A DNA stretch of 43,689 nt from the NCBI GenBank assembly GCA_045576675.1, contig JAZNGX010000072.1, positions 1 to 43,689 of the forward strand. Reading direction: 5' to 3'. The notes under the pieces were generated by a model, which worked only from the letters and a program-made list of their open reading frames with translations, was not told where the DNA came from and did not search any database. Of the stretch, positions 39,797 through 43,689 are shown one piece after another. Source of the DNA: Clostridia bacterium. GTDB lineage: Bacteria; Bacillota; Clostridia; Monoglobales; Firm-18. Within the stretch, counting starts at the first letter, position 1; each line of letters opens with the position of its first letter. The translations under genes and the position numbers were made by a program.

Positions 39797-40741
39797 ATGT
39801 ATTATATTGGTATTGATTTAGGCGGCACAAATATTGCGGCAGGTATTTATGATGAAAATCTTGAGCTGTTGTATAAAACAAGTGTTCCAACAAGAAACGA
39901 AAGAACAGACAAAGAAATTGTTGACAGTATGACAGAGCTTTCAAAGCATGTTATGGAGCATGAGAATATTGACAAAAATGACGTAAAGGCAATAGGTATA
40001 GGTGCACCGGGAAGCATTGATGTTAAAAATGGTGTTGTAATTTATTCAAATAACATAAAGTTTAAGGATACACCCATAAGAGCATGGATGGAAGCAGATT
40101 TGGGAATTCCCGTGTTTATTGAAAATGATGCAAACTGTGCGGCTTTGGGTGAGGCAATAAAGGGAGCAACAAAGGATGCCGACCATTCAGTTATGATTAC
40201 ATTGGGCACAGGCGTTGGAGGCGGAATAATAATCAACAAAAAGATTTATTCAGGCTTTGACGGCACAGGTGCCGAAATAGGCCATACTGTTATTAATTTT
40301 GATGGTATTCCGTGCAACTGCGGCAGAACAGGCTGCTGGGAGGCTTATTCATCTGCAACAGCACTTATCAGACAAACATATGAGGCTGCATTAAATAATC
40401 CTGACAGCCTTCTTGGTAAGGCGGTTGACGGAAAGTTTGAAAATGTTAACGGAAAAACTGCATTTGATGCAATGCGTGAGGGCTGCCCTGTAGGAACAGC
40501 AGTTGTGGAAAAGTATATTGATTATATTGCAATTGGTGCAGCAGATATTATAAATGTATTTAAGCCTGATATGCTTGTAATCGGCGGCGGTGTTTCAAAA
40601 GAGGGGGATAACCTTGTAAAGCCTCTTGAAAATCTGCTTGTAAAATATTGTTATGGAAACAGAGTAGGAACACAAATAAAAATAGCACAGCTTGGCAACG
40701 ATGCAGGTCTTATAGGTGCTGCAGCTTTGGGAAAGGAATGA
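39797..40741 (+). CDS. ROK family sugar kinase (glucokinase-like)
   Basis: GIDLGGT, ENDANCAALGE, TLGTGVGGG, EIGH, CNCGRTGCWE. Confidence 0.92.
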   Translation: MYYIGIDLGGTNIAAGIYDENLELLYKTSVPTRNERTDKEIVDSMTELSKHVMEHENIDKNDVKAIGIGAPGSIDVKNGVVIYSNNIKFKDTPIRAWMEADLGIPVFIENDANCAALGEAIKGATKDADHSVMITLGTGVGGGIIINKKIYSGFDGTGAEIGHTVINFDGIPCNCGRTGCWEAYSSATALIRQTYEAALNNPDSLLGKAVDGKFENVNGKTAFDAMREGCPVGTAVVEKYIDYIAIGAADIINVFKPDMLVIGGGVSKEGDNLVKPLENLLVKYCYGNRVGTQIKIAQLGNDAGLIGAAALGKE

Positions 40742-41636
40742 TTTAATCATTTTAGAAATTGTTAAGCAGTTAAAAGGAATTTCAGATAAAAGCCTAGTAA
40801 TTGAAAATGAGCTTATGAGCAAGCATACATCGTTTAAAATTGGCGGACCAGCAAGGGTTATGGTTATACCTGACAGCAAGGATACACTTATAAAAATGAT
40901 GTCTGTTCTTAAGAACACAAAGTACACTGTTATAGGTAACGGCTCAAATTTGCTTGTAAGCGACGATGGTTACGATGGCGTTGTGATAAAAATCAGTGGA
41001 ACAATGAACAGCATCAGCGTTGATGACAATGTCGTTACTGCCGGTGCCGGTGCGTTGCTGTCTAAAATAGGCAACTGCGCAAAGCTTAAGTCGTTAACCG
41101 GATTTGAATTTGCATCAGGCATACCGGGTACTGTGGGCGGAGCCGTGTTTATGAATGCAGGTGCTTACGGTGGCGAAATGAAGGATGTTGTTGTATCGTC
41201 ATCATACATTGATGCTGAAGGAAAAGTCGGTGAAATTACCGAGCATAAATTCGGATACAGAACCAGTGTGTACAAGGACAGCGATAAATTTGTTACAGAA
41301 GTTAAAATCAAGCTCGAGCATGGTGACGTAAGTGAAATTCAGGCAAAAATGCTTGATTTTGCTAAACGCAGAAGTGATAAGCAACCGCTTGAGTATCCAA
41401 GTGCGGGGAGTGTTTTTAAACGCCCTGAGGGTTATTTTGCAGGCAAGCTTATTGAAGATGCAGGTCTTAAAGGTTATACGATAGGTGGAGCGTGTGTTTC
41501 AGAAAAACACAGTGGCTTTATAATCAACAAGGGTGGAGCAACCTGCAAGGATGTTTTAGAGCTTATTGAGCATATAAAAAGCACTGTTTATCAGCAGTTT
41601 GGAGTTGAGCTTGAGCAGGAGGTCAAAGTTTTATGA
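40716..41636 (+). CDS. murB: UDP-N-acetylenolpyruvoylglucosamine reductase (start uncertain)
   Basis: HTSFKIGG, IGNGSNLL, GIPGTVGGAVFMNAGAYG, PSAGSVFKRP. Confidence 0.95.
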   Translation: MLQLWERNDLIILEIVKQLKGISDKSLVIENELMSKHTSFKIGGPARVMVIPDSKDTLIKMMSVLKNTKYTVIGNGSNLLVSDDGYDGVVIKISGTMNSISVDDNVVTAGAGALLSKIGNCAKLKSLTGFEFASGIPGTVGGAVFMNAGAYGGEMKDVVVSSSYIDAEGKVGEITEHKFGYRTSVYKDSDKFVTEVKIKLEHGDVSEIQAKMLDFAKRRSDKQPLEYPSAGSVFKRPEGYFAGKLIEDAGLKGYTIGGACVSEKHSGFIINKGGATCKDVLELIEHIKSTVYQQFGVELEQEVKVL

Positions 41637-42493
41637 GATTAGTAATTGTTACCGGAATGTCGGGTGCGGGCAAAACAACCGCCATCAGATTTTTGGAGGA
41701 TATAGGCTTTTATGTTGTTGACAATATGCCGCCGACGTTTGTAACAAATTTTGCAGAGCTGTGTATGGTCACAGGTGGCAAGCTTGAAAAGGCTGCCATT
41801 GTATGCGACAGCCGTGTCGGTGACTTTTTTGGAGGGCTTACAAATGCACTTGACGAGCTTAAAGAAAAAGATATTAATTATGAAATTGTTTTTCTTGAGG
41901 CTCAGGACAGTACGCTTATAAGACGTTATAAGGAAACACGCCGCAAGCATCCGCTTCAGGAGGATAACAGCCTGCAGCACGCAATAACGGGTGAGCGTGA
42001 AATGCTTGAAAGCATACGTGAAATAGCTGACCATATTATTGATACAACAGATGCAACGGGTAAGCAGCTTGTTGAAAAGCTGAAGGATTTGTTTTTAAGC
42101 ACAGGTGAAAAAACAAATCTTAAAATAAATGTGGTGTCTTTTGGCTTTAAATATGGATTGCCTCTTGATGCTGATTTGGTTTTTGATGTGAGATTTTTGC
42201 CCAATCCATTTTATATTCCTGAGCTTAAAAAGCATAACGGCACAGAAAGCTGTGTGGCTGACTATGTTATGAGCTTTAAGGAGGCACAGGATTTTTATGC
42301 AAGATTGAAGGATATGATAAAATCTCTTATTCCATTGTATTCTGAGGATGGACGTGCAGGGCTTGTAATTGCAATAGGTTGCACCGGCGGACAGCACCGC
42401 TCGGTAACAATAGCCGAAAAGCTATATAATGATCTGGCACGAAAATTTCAGGTGAATATTGAACACAGGGATTATCAAAAATCAGTATATTAA
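41633..42493 (+). CDS. rapZ: RapZ/YvcJ P-loop protein
   Basis: TGMSGAGKT, SFGFKYG, FDVRFLPNP, GCTGGQHRSV. Confidence 0.95.
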   Translation: MRLVIVTGMSGAGKTTAIRFLEDIGFYVVDNMPPTFVTNFAELCMVTGGKLEKAAIVCDSRVGDFFGGLTNALDELKEKDINYEIVFLEAQDSTLIRRYKETRRKHPLQEDNSLQHAITGEREMLESIREIADHIIDTTDATGKQLVEKLKDLFLSTGEKTNLKINVVSFGFKYGLPLDADLVFDVRFLPNPFYIPELKKHNGTESCVADYVMSFKEAQDFYARLKDMIKSLIPLYSEDGRAGLVIAIGCTGGQHRSVTIAEKLYNDLARKFQVNIEHRDYQKSVY

Positions 42494-42506
42494 ACGGGGT
42501 GATACC

Positions 42507-43508
42507 TTGACATTACGTGATGAATATATAACGTCTCTTGATGTTGCACCGCAAAGCGACAGAAAAATTGTTGCAATAGGCGGCGGTACAGGGATGTCTA
42601 CTATGCTTGGCGGTTTAAAGGAGCTTACAGGGCATATTACTGCGGTGGTTACTATGGCTGATGACGGTGGCGGCTCAGGCAAGCTAAGAGAAGATATGGG
42701 CATACTGCCTCCCGGTGATGTGCGTAACTGCATTTTGGGGCTTGCTAAAGCAGACCCTATTATGAAAAAGCTTTTGAATTACAGATTCACAGAAGGCTCT
42801 TTGGAGGGGCAAAGCTTTGGCAACCTGTTTCTTGCGGCAATGTGCGGAATTTCTTCTAATTTTGAAGAGGCAGTAAAGCGTGTAAGCGATGTTTTAAAGG
42901 TTACAGGTCGTGTTTTGCCTGTTACGCTGGAGGATGTTAATCTTAAAGCTACATATGCCGACGGCAATGTGCTTGTGGGGGAAAGTATAATTCCTAAATA
43001 TGCAAAGAAAAATAACACGCAGATTAATCGCATCGAGATTGTGCCTGGTGAGGCAAAGCCGCTTGACGATGTTATAACTGCTATATCTGAGGCGGATGCT
43101 GTTGTTATAGGCCCGGGAAGTTTGTACACAAGTATTTTACCAAACCTGCTTATAAATGGGGTTGCCGATGCTGTTAAGAATACAAGGGCAATAAAAATAT
43201 TTATATGCAATCTTATGACTCAGCCTGGTGAAACAACAGGAATGAGTGCATACGAGCATATTATGGCGTTATATGAACACGTTGGAGATTTGAATATAAA
43301 TTATTGCCTTGCAAACAATTTGAAGGTTCAGCACGAGTTTTTAAAGCCTTATCTTGAGGACGGAGCGACCGAAATTGTTATTGATGAAGATAGAATAAAA
43401 CAGCTTGGTATTGAGGTTGTTTATGGGAATTTTGTGTCTTTGCAAAAAAGTCTTTTGCGACACGACTGCAAAAATCTTGCAAAAACAATTATGAGCTGTG
43501 TTGATTAA
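42507..43508 (+). CDS. yvcK: YvcK/GlmR family protein
   Basis: IGGGTG, DDGGGSG, PPGDVRNC, GPGSLYTS; TTG start after SD GGGGTG. Confidence 0.93.
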   Translation: MTLRDEYITSLDVAPQSDRKIVAIGGGTGMSTMLGGLKELTGHITAVVTMADDGGGSGKLREDMGILPPGDVRNCILGLAKADPIMKKLLNYRFTEGSLEGQSFGNLFLAAMCGISSNFEEAVKRVSDVLKVTGRVLPVTLEDVNLKATYADGNVLVGESIIPKYAKKNNTQINRIEIVPGEAKPLDDVITAISEADAVVIGPGSLYTSILPNLLINGVADAVKNTRAIKIFICNLMTQPGETTGMSAYEHIMALYEHVGDLNINYCLANNLKVQHEFLKPYLEDGATEIVIDEDRIKQLGIEVVYGNFVSLQKSLLRHDCKNLAKTIMSCVD

Positions 43509-43533
43509 TAGAAATATTTTGATTTCAAAAGTA

Positions 43534-43570
43534 AACGGAGCAGTGATAACTCACTGCTCCGTTGTTCTTA
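43534..43570 (+). terminator. Terminator after yvcK
   Basis: AACGGAGCAGTGA-TAAC-TCACTGCTCCGTT then T-rich sequence. Confidence 0.8.
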
Positions 43571-43583
43571 TTATATTGATAAC

Positions 43584-43689
43584 AAAACCACCTGCTATGC
43601 AGGTGGAATGTACGGACTTTAGTGTCAGTATTGACAAAAAAATACCGTTTTGATAATGTAAATGTGACTACCAATCGCATTCAAAAAAC
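43584..43689 (+). mobile_element. Probable left end of an IS200/IS605-family element (truncated by the window edge)
   Basis: Hairpin CCACCTGC-TAT-GCAGGTGG 43588-43606 followed by a TTGACA promoter at 43631; resembles clostridial IS200-type ends from recall; no transposase ORF in the window. Confidence 0.5.

Overview
An AT-rich chromosomal segment from a spore-forming Clostridia-like Bacillota bacterium (lineage inferred from gene content), almost entirely housekeeping and mostly on the + strand. Gene order: a secreted surface protein plus an unannotated 41-aa peptide gene (- strand); a shortened dcw cluster (mraZ-rsmH-ftsL-PBP-murE-murF-mraY-ftsW-murG); a SleB/CwlJ-type hydrolase; an internally deleted MATE pseudogene; infC-rpmI-rplT with an L20 leader; ktrB-ktrA-trmH-dprA-topA-trmFO; rpsB-tsf; rpmH-rnpA-yidD-yidC-jag-mnmE-mnmG-ykuS-iscS-iscU-mnmA-pcrA; a - strand block (ssp, M20 amidohydrolase, rpmE, rubrerythrin); hprK-PHP-ROK-murB-rapZ-yvcK; and a probable IS200/IS605-type end at the right edge. 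The most unusual signals are non-coding or tiny: (1) a ~175-bp element at 27-200 made of four AGTGATATT-like and four complementary AATATCACT-like 9-mers, each separated by a mini-hairpin; (2) a ~380-nt, extensively base-paired, G-U-rich element between jag and mnmE; (3) a YxxP-leader peptide gene apparently co-transcribed with a secreted protein, with no maturation enzymes in the window. All calls come from reading the sequence by eye; no searches or folding programs were run.
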